Origin: Xylographa opegraphella
Taxonomy: Eukaryota
Assembly (NCBI GenBank): GCA_022813865.1
Contig: JALDZX010000108.1
Span: 1-35,237 of the forward strand
DNA length: 35,237 nucleotides
Direction: 5' to 3'
This document shows positions 23,976 through 35,237 of the stretch, piece by piece. Numbering within the stretch: position 1 is the first letter of the stretch; each line of letters starts with the position of its first letter. A model generated the notes under the pieces. It was given only the letters and a program-made list of their open reading frames with translations. It did no database searches and was not told where the DNA came from. A program made the position numbers and the translations under genes.

Positions 23976-25097
23976 ATGGCGTTCACGCTTCGAGCACCTT
24001 TTGCCCTCGCAAGAGCCCTGAAGCAGATTCCGCAGACAACTCAAACATCCTTTCGCGCCTTCCATCATATCTCACCGTCCAAAAACCTCCATGCTTGCCC
24101 GTTCAGCAAGCCAACCTCTCCAATAACCAGCCTCATCAAGCCGCGAAATGCCTTTCGACGCTCGTATATGCAGCCGGCTTCGCCCATCACAGGTCCAAAT
24201 GCTGGAAACCTCACACAGCGTCTACTCTACGGAGCCGGCATAGTCGGTGGCACGATTATCGCTACGAACCTGCTCTTCAACCGGGAGACCAGAGAGGATG
24301 GGGGTATGCCGCCGTTTGAGAGGTCTTACTTGAACGAAACCTTCCTACACACGGGCCTCGGTGTTGGCATAATCGGTGTGGCGGCAAGTGCGTTGCACCA
24401 GAGTGGATGGAGTGTTCGATTGATGGGTGCCAATCCATGGGTTGTCATTGTGGGTGGATTAGCGATGAGTGTTGGGACCATGTACGGTTGTTTCGCCACA
24501 AGTCCCGACAAGTGAGCTCTCCAAGTCGTTTACGAATGGGTCTCAGCTGATGGAAACGATAGTTACATCCAGAAATACGCTCTCTGGACGGCCTTTAATG
24601 TCACCCAGGCTCTAATCCTATCTCCTCTCATGTTCATGTCTCCTGCTCTACTCGCTCGTGCGGGCCTTTACACGGTCGCGATGATGGGATCAATTGCCTT
24701 TGTTGGTGCCACTGCAAAGACGGACAAATATCTCTATCTTGGAGGACCGTTGCTCGCAGGTGTGGCAGTTGTTGCTGTCTCCGGACTTGCACCTTTAGTA
24801 CTTCCCGCCACCGCAGTTCGGACGTTGATGTGGACCGAGAACATTGTAGGTCACAACAATCATAACTCTTCTTCGGGGACTTTACTGACTTCAATCCAGT
24901 GGCTCTACGGAGGTCTGGCTGTCTTTGGAGGATTCACACTTTATGATGTGCAGAAGGTATTGAATCACGCAAGACTGGCGGAACGAGGACTCATGAAAAG
25001 AGATGCTGTCAATGAGAGCATTAGCCTTGAGCTGGACTTCCTCAATATTTTCATTCGGATGGTCCAAATCCTCGGAATGCGGCAGCAGAAACGCTGA
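23976..25097 (+). CDS. Mitochondrial Bax inhibitor-1 family protein (GHITM/MICS1-like)
   Basis: Exons 23976-24511, 24563-24845, 24900-25097. Arg/Ser-rich presequence, ERSYLNETFLHTG, KYLYLGGPL, LYGGLAVFGGFTLYDVQK and SISLELDFLNIFIR. Confidence 0.92.
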
Positions 25098-25589
25098 CAG
25101 AGTGGTTGGAAACGGCGACTGGCGATTCACGGGGAGCAATGCATGATTACGGTGTTTGACCCTTTTCTGAAACAATAGGCTAAGGTAGCAGAAGCAAGAA
25201 CAATAGGTTGGATCTCCTCTCAAACTGGGGTGATTTTGTCAAGTGTTTTCAACGACTTCCACAACTGACAGCCTTCATAGTTTGTGAGCGTGTCATGACA
25301 ATCAGATCGAGTAATCTTTGTATGTTTGCCTTGTTACTCAATTCACCACATTCATTGTTACTCTTGTATGAATACGCTGTATGTTTGTCCAAAACAATGT
25401 CATTGTTTCCAGTGCCGCCAATATATATTCACGCTCAGAGCTCGATGTTTCATTTAAAGTCGAGAAATCCTATTATATAACGTTGACTGCGACGCCGAAA
25501 ATCATCCCACAGTCAAATCTTACCACGACTCACAGCTTTACATACTTCTGAACATAGCTTCTGTATCCTTGGCTACTGGCAGTCTGCCA

Positions 25590-26486
25590 ATGTTTCTTGC
25601 TCTCCTAATCCTATTGGCTGCTGGCGGCTCGCAAATCGTTCTCGCCGAGACGACCAGGGCAGCAGCGATGGCGCTTCCCTCTAAATTTATTACTTTAAAG
25701 GGTACACCAACCAAGCCCGCAAGTGCGACCACTCCGAGAGCTATGATCGACCGAGCCATCGCTGACCCTGGCGTGATGACGATCTCCGTCACCAATGCTT
25801 ACGGCACACCCCTGTCATTGTCGTACGAATCCAACGCCGCCGCGGATGGCACAACATTCCCTCCTCCGATCGGAAATCCCACAGCCGCAGTGCTCGCACC
25901 AGGTGCCGCTACCGCCATCGTCTATCCCACCGGTTGGGCCGGCAGGATCACCGTTGGAAAAGTCAACACCGACCAAGGCAGCAAGATCGAGGGTAGCACC
26001 ACCGGTGAAAACGATGTGGACGTCAGCTACGTCGACGGCTACACCGTCCCCATCACTTGTTCCTCTCTTGGCGTTCCCGTCACGGGCTGCAACATCGAGC
26101 TGTTCAACCAAGGCTTCCCCTGCGATGGCACGCTCCTCAACGGCGGCACGACCTGTCATAACCCGATGCAAAACCAACCAAATGGGCCGGCAAGCCGCTT
26201 CTTTGCCGCGTGCGCTGGCGCCGCTTACACCTATCCCAACGATAATAACGCGGACAACGGGCACGTCGATACCGTTGTTACTTGCTGCATCGGGACAACC
26301 TGCCCTGCGCCTGCGCGCCAGGGCCAGGCCCCTCAGAAGCGCGATCTATCTGAAGCTCCTGTCGATAGTGCGAACGAGCAAGTGCTAGAAACTGCCGTCG
26401 TTCCAGATACCACTGGCGGCCCGTCATTGCTGCCGCATATGCACAAGCACCGTCACGGCAATGGAAGACACAAAGTGCCATTTTGA
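25590..26486 (+). CDS. Secreted thaumatin-like (PR-5-like) protein
   Basis: Signal peptide MFLALLILLAAGGSQIVLA, motifs YPTGWAGRI, DVSYVDGYTVPITC and FFAACAGAAYTYPND, 8 Cys, and a C-terminal extension after KR. Confidence 0.85.
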   Translation: MFLALLILLAAGGSQIVLAETTRAAAMALPSKFITLKGTPTKPASATTPRAMIDRAIADPGVMTISVTNAYGTPLSLSYESNAAADGTTFPPPIGNPTAAVLAPGAATAIVYPTGWAGRITVGKVNTDQGSKIEGSTTGENDVDVSYVDGYTVPITCSSLGVPVTGCNIELFNQGFPCDGTLLNGGTTCHNPMQNQPNGPASRFFAACAGAAYTYPNDNNADNGHVDTVVTCCIGTTCPAPARQGQAPQKRDLSEAPVDSANEQVLETAVVPDTTGGPSLLPHMHKHRHGNGRHKVPF

Positions 26487-27015
26487 GGGGGCTGGGAAAT
26501 CAGTAGTTAGTAAATAGTGTAGATACATAAATAGTGTCTTTCGGCGCCTAATTCAAATATGGTCTAAATGACTGATTCAATATTAATTGATGCTCAGGTG
26601 AGGAGAAGAAGCCAAGTGAGATGTAAACAGCTTAGTGCTAAACGATCATGTTTTGGTAAAAGTCTCCCTCATCGTCGCAGAGAACCGTAACATTAATAGC
26701 TTCGTGACATACCACAATATGCCATTTAGAACCTCTGAATCTCACCTCGTCCATCAAACATTTTGACACAGTAACACACTGTATAAGGCAACACTCCAAT
26801 TTGCAGCATCGAAGGCCAAGGGTATTACCGTAAACTATACGTGATTTTGTGATTCACATTACAATACATCTGCATTACCACCAGATGTGAATGAAGTGAA
26901 CTCCGATCACATATTCGCATCATTAAGTTATGAACTTCGACATCTCACCACTATATCTCCAACTCCACCACCAAGCTGCATCTCCCGCGTCTTCATTATA
27001 GTTAATATGATATCT

Positions 27016-27431
27016 ATGAAAGCGATAGCACCTTTGATTGCGGGTGTTAGAAAGACGGTATGTCAATATAATCTGTCTCCAGAATCCAATCAAAGCTAAA
27101 ATACATGACTCAGGTTCAACTGCCACCACTTTACCACATAAAGGCAGTACAGCGCACCACCTTTCGGATTAAAACCCAACCTGTGGCTGTGACTTTTACT
27201 CAGTCTGCATCTCGCGTTCATTCAAGTGGCCCAAACCTCAAAGCAAATGACGTGGACAACATTCCGCACGTTCAGCCGCCAAATTTAGCACCCATCGACA
27301 CCTCTGACGACGGCCCAGCTTTTCCTGGGTGGCGAATGAGTCGAAGACAGTATCATGAGTACATCGGGAACATGGGTTGGACCTCGAATCCATGTGGGGT
27401 GAAGGCAGACATCTTCACTCCGGCAGACTGA
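27016..27431 (+). CDS. Putative small two-exon orphan protein (~119 aa)
   Basis: MKAIAPLIAGVRKT (27016-27057) splices in phase 0 through GTATGT..GCTAAA..CAG (27058-27113) onto VQLPPLYHIK...DIFTPAD* (27114-27431). Confidence 0.45.
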
Positions 27432-27907
27432 CGCTGGATACGAGGTGAGTCGGACGTGAATACGCTTGAAGGAATGGCGTGGGTGCACCAAGGTAAGCTT
27501 ACTTTGTTGACCGGCTGATGGTTTTACAACCCTGATTCTTGCCATGCTGATGTTCCTAAGGCAACAATGAGAATGACCCACCGCGCTGGTGGTGGTGCTG
27601 CGAAAAGTGGCTGGCTGGGGGCGCTTTGATTGCGTTGTTTTGGTTGGAGGATTTGTTTAACTAGTAACCAAAGCCCAGTGTCGTGAGACGTGCAGACAGT
27701 TCCGTATGGACCATTGAAATGGCTTCGTACAGACGATACCAAGATCACGCTCCATTGAAATCGTCTCTTCCGAAAAATCCTCAATTTGTAATGCTGTGAT
27801 CCTGCTAAACATTGAGAGTTCCATCATGGCGGCTACAAATGACAGCGTTCCCCCCTTTTCATGGAAGATCCATGTGTTCGACGCCTGCGGATATGGTCAA
27901 GATGCAT

Positions 27908-30782
27908 TTACCGCCTCCCTTTTGCTATGAGATTGAAGCAGACTCCTGGACGAACTCTTTGCATGCCTCCTGTCTCCAACCATGTCGCCAAGTTTTTGCA
28001 TTGACTTACATCGAACGCTTCCAATTTCTGACAGCCCTCAATGACAGCCTCGACACCCACTCCCGTCACTCGCACGCACCCTCGTACGGAAAGGTCACGA
28101 AGCTCAAGGAGATGAAGACTGATACTCCGTAGCGAAGAATCGGAGACCGCACTGCCACAGAACGATAGATTGAGGTACGTCAGCTGAGGGCATCCAAGAG
28201 CAAGAACTTCTGTGGCGGTATCGGAAAGAGCACAACAGAAAGACTAGAACATTATCGGTGATTAGCGGTTCTATAGACGATGAGGACGAGGATCAATCAC
28301 GCACAAGATCAAGTTCGCGAAGGCCTTTTGCAGCACTTGTAAGGTATACTATAGCATTGTGTGTTAGATATGTGCAATCCGCCAGGCAGAGCTTGGTCAG
28401 TTTCGTGAAATTCTGCTGACTCCAAGATTGAAAGCCATGATCAGTGATCGTGGTACACCTTGTCAAATCCATCTCCTCCAGTCGCAAGCGCGCGAACTGA
28501 GCTATATGATGCATGGATCTGTCAGTCACATGCTTACAATAGGACAGTGTAAGCTTCCTGAGCCTTCGGGATCCTATTACCGGATTGGGATTTGGCTGTT
28601 GGCCCGAATGCATGGCTGCTCTGTTCGGGTGACTACCAAGTAGGTTTGGTTGATTCTCCGCTTGAGACGATAGTGGTAATGGCACGTTGCCAATAATCCA
28701 TGCAAGTAGATTGTCATTGACTTTGCGACAGTTGCTGAGGTCGATTTCCTGAAGATCCCTTGCAGATTTGACCATCTCGAGAATTGCAGGTGCACTGACA
28801 TCCCATACGCTTTTCATCTTCCAACTAATCACATTTTCGCCACACATTTTCGCCAAAGCCATAAAACCATCGTCTGTCAAGTGGAAACAATTGCTAATAT
28901 CAATGGAATGTGGTCTTTGTCCAACGAATGGACATATTTTAGAGATTAGCGTGTGGTCTGTGATTCTCCGGTTATAGCTTGAGAGATCAAGATGATGAAG
29001 CAAATCTGATGTCTCCCGAAGAAGTCTTGCCCAGTGAGAACATATTGATCGAAGCTGCATGAGGTGATGCAGGCGAAGTTGTGCAAAGATAGACACCAGA
29101 ATATTATCTGGCAAGATCTCTTTTCGAATAAGATTGATCTTCCGTGGTACTGTTTTTGATCGCTTTGACGTAGAGTTCATATCGGACGACTTGGTTGCTT
29201 TCGCTCGTGAAGATAATAGTGTTGATTTAGGAGCTAAGTTTTCGCTGATTGGGGTTTCTGAGGAAACTTCTGACGGTATCGGTGGAGCCAAGGAAGAGCG
29301 CCTCGACCTCGAACGCATGTGGTCCAGATCAACGTTGAGGTATGGGTCGGGATCTGCAGGTTCCAAAATCGATCTATCTTCAATTCGGCTCGGCTTATGA
29401 GGACTTTCAAGTTTGGGGTGATCGAATGCTAAGATTGGTACAGAGTTTTTTCGGGATGCCTTTGGAGGACCTTCGCGAATTGCCAATTCATCAATCGGAG
29501 GCGTTGCATCGGGAGCATCTGCCATGATGACATCGTTCTCTCCGGTCGAGTTGAGTCTTTGCTTTGCCGTTCTCTCTATCTGCTCTCGTATTGGGCCCGG
29601 GCAACGAAGCCAGAATTCAGCAAGAACATCGCCAGTGATAAGCAAACACTCGACCGAGGTGACTGAACGCACGGTTGCGGTGCGTCTGGGCGCAAGAGAT
29701 AGACTTGCGACTTCTCCAAAGTACTGACCCTGTCGTAGGCGAGCCTTGACTTGAAGACCTCGACTCCTTTTGATTGCACTGCCGGTGGCCAGGCCACGGA
29801 AATTCGGCCCCATAGCTTTCTCGTCAATAACTTCGACCTCTCCTCTGACAAGGAAATATACCTCTCGTCCTTGGGAATCTTGCCGTATAATGTCTGTGAA
29901 AGGAGGATATGTACATTGCCGAGCATTAGAGCCAAGGAAATGTAGAATCTCCGATGGCAAACCGGAAAAAAGGGGTAACTCCTTTAAAAGCTGACGAACA
30001 TTTACCATACCACTACCAAGGGCGCTGGATGCCGCGACGTCTACTAAACTCGGAGGTGGAGATTTGCGTTTCTTGTAGTATTTGGCACCATTTGATCGTA
30101 CGGCTTCGTCGTTGGACATTTGAACCTCGGCGTCTTCGCTATCCCGAGCGCGCTTCTCTCCACGCCCGGTTCCCGATAATGTGTCAGTCCTACCTGTGGC
30201 TATCTTCTCCATTTTCTTACGCTCAAGAATTGAAAGTCTCTCTTGAGCTTCTTCCCTAATAGTTCTCTCAACTTCGGGAAAATTTGGTAGCTCTTTTGCG
30301 AGATCCTCCTTCTTCAGCACGATAAGAAGACATTTTGTGCGAGCCAAAATCGTTGCAGTCCGTGGTATTCCCATGAGTATTCCGATCTCGCCAAAAAAAG
30401 CGCCTGGTTTCAATTCTGCGTATGTACTTTCGCCATCTCTTGATGTCACAGCTACAGCGCCACGTACTAGCCAGTACATTGCCTTGGCCTCGTCACCTTC
30501 CGTCAATATATAATCGCGCGGCAGATGTGACTGAGGCCGTAAGTGTGTACCAATCGCTGCGAGAAAGGTATCCGGCGCTGATTGGAACAATGGAAAGGAT
30601 CGGATCCTGTCGAGCATGTCCAGTGGCATGCCTTGGATGGTTGAGGTTGTCAAGGGTGAGGGTCGTATGGGTCGCGAAGGATTGGTATCCGAGTTGAAGG
30701 TTCTTATCAACGACAAGCTATCGGATATGGGAGTTGTGCTCGTTCTGGCATGGGAAGTGCCCGAAGCACGGTGACGACGCAT
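27908..30782 (-). CDS. Dual cyclic-nucleotide-binding domain + F-box + leucine-rich-repeat protein
   Basis: Exons 30782-28305 and 28243-27908. Two cNMP domains (FFGEIGILMGIPRTATI; YFGEVASLSLAPRRTATV), an F-box (LPDNILVSIFAQL...ICSHW) and Cys-containing LRRs (LSNCRKVND, LSYCKHVTD, LTRCTTITD, LSFCCALSD, VRGCVRVT). Confidence 0.92.
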
Positions 30783-31897
30783 CTTTATTCGGGCGAAATT
30801 CACTGTATAGCTCTTCAACCTTACAGAAGGAGTCTCATGTCATGTTGAGACACGGTCTTGTAAGCATACCGACAAACCGGTAGCTTTACAGGCTGCGATG
30901 TTCATAGAGAAGATTTGGAGGAATGCATGCAGTTTGCAAAATACAATGCTCTTTCTGCATGCGACAATCCCGCGCTTTCGTCCGGCGTGAACGCTGAGGT
31001 TGTTCAGAATTGAATTCTACGATCAATGAAACTAACGCCTCACTGGTATAGTCGCGCGGATCGTAAGCGTAGCTTTCTGTAGCGATTTTCTGCTGGTGTC
31101 TTCGTTTCTGGGAGGGCACGATTGCTTCTCATGCGGGGTGTAGTTGAGACCGACTTTAAGGACGTTCGTAGTCGGATCCGAATGTCTCGGCTGCATCAAA
31201 GTCATTCGAAGGAGATCCTGGCCGTTATGGCAACAGGATAGACACCTGCAGGCGTAAAGCGTGAACAGCGGAAGCCAGAGGTAAGTATCGTGGTAGTGCG
31301 ATATATACGTACGGCCCTCTCCGTGGATGTTGAGTGCGACAGATTTTATGCGCCTAATGGAGGGTAGTGATGCCCGTTCTGGACTAGGATAGATTCAAGG
31401 ACTAAACATTCTACGTAAAAGCAGCGGCGAGCTGTCGGACGTCGCTCTGTACTACTTGAAAACAGATGACAATCCGTTCGTCTGACTCGAAAGGTATATC
31501 TACACGGATCAAGTTTTGCACAGGTAAACAGACAGAGACTAAGACGTCACACACAAGCTTCCACCGATTACCTGCTCAAACTTTCTCGTATGCTATTCTG
31601 AACTACCTTGATGTATTCCGTGTATCGGTTGTGGTTACCAGATCACATTGGCACACCCTTCATATACACGTGGGAGACTGCAGTTGAGATTGTCCTTAGT
31701 ATTCTGGCTCCCACTTTCGCAACGTAAAAGTACGTGTTCTGATGTCGGCCTACGCAGAGTGCAGGCCTCGTCTATCCACTCATTAGAACATGGACCGTTG
31801 TCCAGGTCCAGTGGTAAGATATTGAAAGAGATGGTCCGTGACGTGACCTGTATCAGAACTTCGTACAGCTTCTGCCTCAAGATCCCCCTTACCTTGA

Positions 31898-34792
31898 TCA
31901 ACGACCTTGATCGACAATACCGAAGGGCCACATCTGACCTGCGCCACCGCTCATGCCACTCGTATCATAACCCAATGCCACGTCACCTGTAGGACCAACC
32001 AGATTGGTATTTTGGTCAGTACGGCCACCCAGTTGAAGCAATGCGCTGGCAGGATTGTAATCTTGAGGTCCAATATTGCTAGGGATTGTTTGAGTATACT
32101 GGAACCAAGATTGGCTGTCAGCACCATTGGAATTGCCATCAGTGTAAGTGCTGGTCGAAGGTGCGTACATTCCAGATGCTGCATGTGATATCCCGCTATG
32201 GATATGTGAGTGGTAACTTGAAGAAAGCGCTTGGGCAGCAAGTGCGATTGGATAGGGCGAGCTAGCATACGTCGCTGTGTCGGGAGTAGAGATAGGAAAC
32301 TGTGCACCGGAGGGCTCCGGATAGTTATAGCTCGCCATGGAAGAGGCAAGTTCGGCTGCCCGCCCAAAGGCGCTTGTATGGCCGACCCCTGCATATGGGC
32401 TATAGCCAATTGTTGACTGATAACCGGTTTGTTGTGCTATTGTCGCGTGCTTAGGATTGCTACGGCGTTCGATACAACTATCGTCGTGTGGTACAAGCTT
32501 CACCTTGGGCCCTGGTGAATTTGGAGGGATTTTCTTGTCTTCTAAATGCTGATTTAGCTGAGCCAATCCTGTTCCAATCTGTTCGCCGACGGCATTCAGC
32601 AGTCTTCTGCCGGTCCCTGCCATAGGAATCAGTCCTGGTCCATGAAACGGACATCCAAGTTCTTCACTCACCTAATAGTCCGCCAATATCTCCCATAATA
32701 CTTAGCCACTGCTCCATATCCTGCCTGAGCGATTTCAGCTTCTCCTCTGTCAGCTCGTCTTTCAATTGACCATGACCATAAAGCGTTGTCTGGATGGCAA
32801 GAATATAGAGCGCGCAATTGGTCCATGTTGTATTCAGACTTTTGAGCTGCTGTAGTTGCCGGACATGGGTTAGCATATCATGGGCAACATCCAAACAGGT
32901 TCTCAAGTTTGATTCGTTGACTTGTACCGATTTTGTCAACGACAGTGAAGGATGATGGAGCAATAAGCGAAACTCATGCTTCCAGCAATGTAAATACAAT
33001 GCCGAGACACGGGCTATATCATCCATGGGAGAGCCGTCGCACAAACCTTCAGGCCACTGATCTTGCCAGGCCTTGATACGTCTCTTAGCACTGATGATGA
33101 AACTCGTATATTCTCTAGGCGAACGCTTCGCCGCATAAACGTTGCGGTACAGGTCCATGAATAGAGGCGTGACCTTGAAAGCCTCAATGCCTGCAAGGAA
33201 GGTACAATGACCATCCCTTGGTATCTCTTGGCTGGCATCGACGAAAAGATCATCATCAACTGGCAAAGGGAATCCGACATCGTAGTCTTCCTCACGAATT
33301 GGCATCGGGCGGCCCAACTTGCTGCTGATCGTAACATGAATCGCCAGTATAGACCAAAATACTCTTTTGCGCTTCTCAAGCTCGAGAATACTCTTTTGTT
33401 TCGTGTACGAGCTACCTGTCTTGGCAGATTTGTGGAAACCGAGTTCGATAGCTTTATTGAAAGCTATACATGTCACTACCCATGCCGCTTCCGGCTTAGG
33501 GAAGCTGCAGAGATGTGCGCAGATCATCGCCAGAGCTTGCATGTCCTCTACAGTATGCCCAGCCATCAACTGAGCGAAGAGACCAAGAGAGAAATGATAA
33601 TGCATGTCAGATCCTATATGTAATTCCTGGCGTCTTCCTGGATTCTCCCAGTTTCGAAGCGAATCTTGGTAAAACATTTGAGCCAACATCATATGAACCA
33701 TGACCTGTTGGGCTGCCGAAAACGGTTGTTGATCATCATCATAGAATCGGCCTAACTGTAAATGTCTCAGCGTGAATGTGATAATAGGAGCGACAATTTA
33801 CTTACAAGATTCAAGAAACTTGACTTGTGCAAAATGGGTAGGAAGCCGTTTAGAACAAGAACATATCCCGTAGCATATCTGAATGCTTCTTCTCTAGGTG
33901 GCAGCTTCACATCGTTTATTTTAGGACCAATACCGAATGCGGTAGCGATGAAGCTTTGGTATGTCCGATTATAAGAATGACCTTTCGCATCAGAAGAGTC
34001 ATTGTCTCTATCAAGATGACTGGGTGTGAAGCCTGCGATGTCGATCTCCCAACCTAGCATGTTGAGCTTCGACCCTGGATGTGAATTTCTCGAAGAATTG
34101 TCAGCAGAAACTCCGAGGTAATTCTCGCCTGTCAGACCAGTTCGTAAATCTGGAAGTCCTAACGCATCATGGCTTTCGGTGTGCAGAGGAAGAGTAGCGT
34201 CAGAAGCCGGGACAGTATCCATATTGGTAAAGATACCATCGCCAATCTGTGCCTGTTGCGGCCCTAATGGATAAGACATGCTGGGCTGTTTTTCCTCCCG
34301 ATCCCAAGGTCGTGTATCCCCAGACGCCTTGACTTGGGACCAGGCTAAGTACTTCTTGGTATCTGGATCGTCATACTGATATGGCTTGATATCGCTTCCC
34401 AAAGAACGTAGTGTTGCGAGCAGCTCTTCTATTTGGGTGCGCTGCTTTATCACCATGCGCTCCAAATACTCGAACTCGCCCCGATACGTCGGATTCCCAG
34501 TGAGGGGATCTGTCGCAGTACACCACGCGTCTACCCTTATACATGTGGGACATCCTTCTGGAGCCGGGTTGCATGCTAGCTTTCGATGCTGTTGTCATGT
34601 CAGCATCTCAACCAGGCAGACTTCAGCAAACGAATGCTTTACTTGACATCGATCGCAAGCCCGACCAATCCTTGTAGCTGCTGACTTTTTCCTCCGATTC
34701 ACTGAGGCCTCCAAAGGGAATATCTCCTCCGGAGCGGTTTTCCTGAGTTCAGAAATACCGCTGAAGGTTGGCTGCTTGCGTTTCCTGGCCAT
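31898..34792 (-). CDS. Zn(II)2Cys6 fungal transcription factor with fungal-specific middle homology domain
   Basis: Exons 34792-34643, 34588-33806, 33755-32672, 32616-31898. The spliced binuclear cluster is CDRCQHRKLACNPAPEGCPTCIRVDAWC, followed by a coiled coil, FLPILH, ELGFH, KRKRVFWSI and KLGRP, and a low-complexity C-terminus. Confidence 0.92.
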
Positions 34793-34909
34793 AGTTCGCC
34801 TTGAAGAATAGTGTATCGAATCACCGGCACTTGCCGTGCTTTAAACCATGTTCATCACTTTATCGCATCGCCAGGGTGGGGCCGCTAATAGGCTCACTAT
34901 TGCCGATCG

Positions 34910-35237
34910 TTTATTATATACAGAAATTGTATTCGACTCTGGGTTAAAGTTAAATAAACCCTGAAAACTTGATAAAAAAATGAATTTTTGGATTTTTGAA
35001 AATCAAAATTTTTGTTTCGTATAAAAATTTAAAAATTTTATATTGAAAAACGCGATGAATATTAACAATATAATAAATATTTTATATAAATTATAAAAAT
35101 AAACAAATATATTATATTAATTATAAATAATTACAAAATTATACACTCGCGTATTATATTAATAAAAAGAATTCTATCCGAGAGGGTCGTTGGGGGTCAA
35201 CAGTAGACCCCCAATGGCGCCCGCCACCGTGGGAGGG
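34910..35237. mobile_element. AT-rich, probably RIP-degraded transposon or repeat fragment, truncated by the window end
   Basis: Composition shifts abruptly to nearly pure A/T with abundant TpA (about 34910-35175), followed by a GC-rich terminal-like segment containing an inverted repeat. Confidence 0.5.
35190..35214. repeat. Perfect 9-bp inverted repeat (hairpin)
   Basis: TTGGGGGTC-AACAGTA-GACCCCCAA. Confidence 0.8.

Noticed and set aside
24846..24899. Apparent insertion VGHNNHNSSSGTLLTSIQ in the BI-1 protein
   Set aside because: It is a canonical 54-nt GT-AG intron with a CTGAC branch site that happens to be in frame.
30886..31931. Small ORFs between the F-box gene and the TF
   Set aside because: No coding signature; consistent with the TF 3' UTR and the F-box promoter or 5' UTR.
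34500..34545. Suspected frameshift removing the sixth Cys of the Zn2Cys6 cluster
   Set aside because: Re-reading the reverse complement gives GAC GCG TGG TGT ACT (DAWCT), in frame with the downstream ORF. The cluster is intact.
1..35237. tRNA, rRNA, CRISPR arrays or intact transposase genes
   Set aside because: None were recognisable by eye. A tRNAscan-SE or Infernal run would be needed to exclude small RNAs.

Overview
Gene-dense chromosomal segment of a filamentous ascomycete (Pezizomycotina), judged from short 45-120 nt spliceosomal introns with CTRAC-type branch points and the gene content. I reconstructed about 17 protein-coding genes by hand: a gamma-glutamylcyclotransferase-like protein, an APC-family amino acid/choline permease, an in-frame SDR + CE4 (PuuE/HpPgdA-like) hydrolase fusion, APRT, an STL1-like sugar porter, kinesin-8 (with a GC-AG first intron), MsrA, a secreted barwin/GH45-like protein, a damaged secreted Cys-rich protein gene, a small hypothetical protein, a Tim17/22/23-like protein, an orphan ORF, a mitochondrial BI-1/GHITM protein, a thaumatin-like protein, a small two-exon orphan, a dual-cNMP/F-box/LRR protein and a Zn2Cys6 transcription factor. 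The window ends in an AT-rich, repeat-like segment. The best candidate for an undescribed system is the divergent permease / SDR-CE4 fusion pair. Its shared promoter carries clustered GATA sites and a repeated 13-mer, and GGCT and APRT flank it, which suggests a nitrogen-regulated catabolic mini-cluster of unknown substrate. Exon boundaries were read by eye and no database searches were run.
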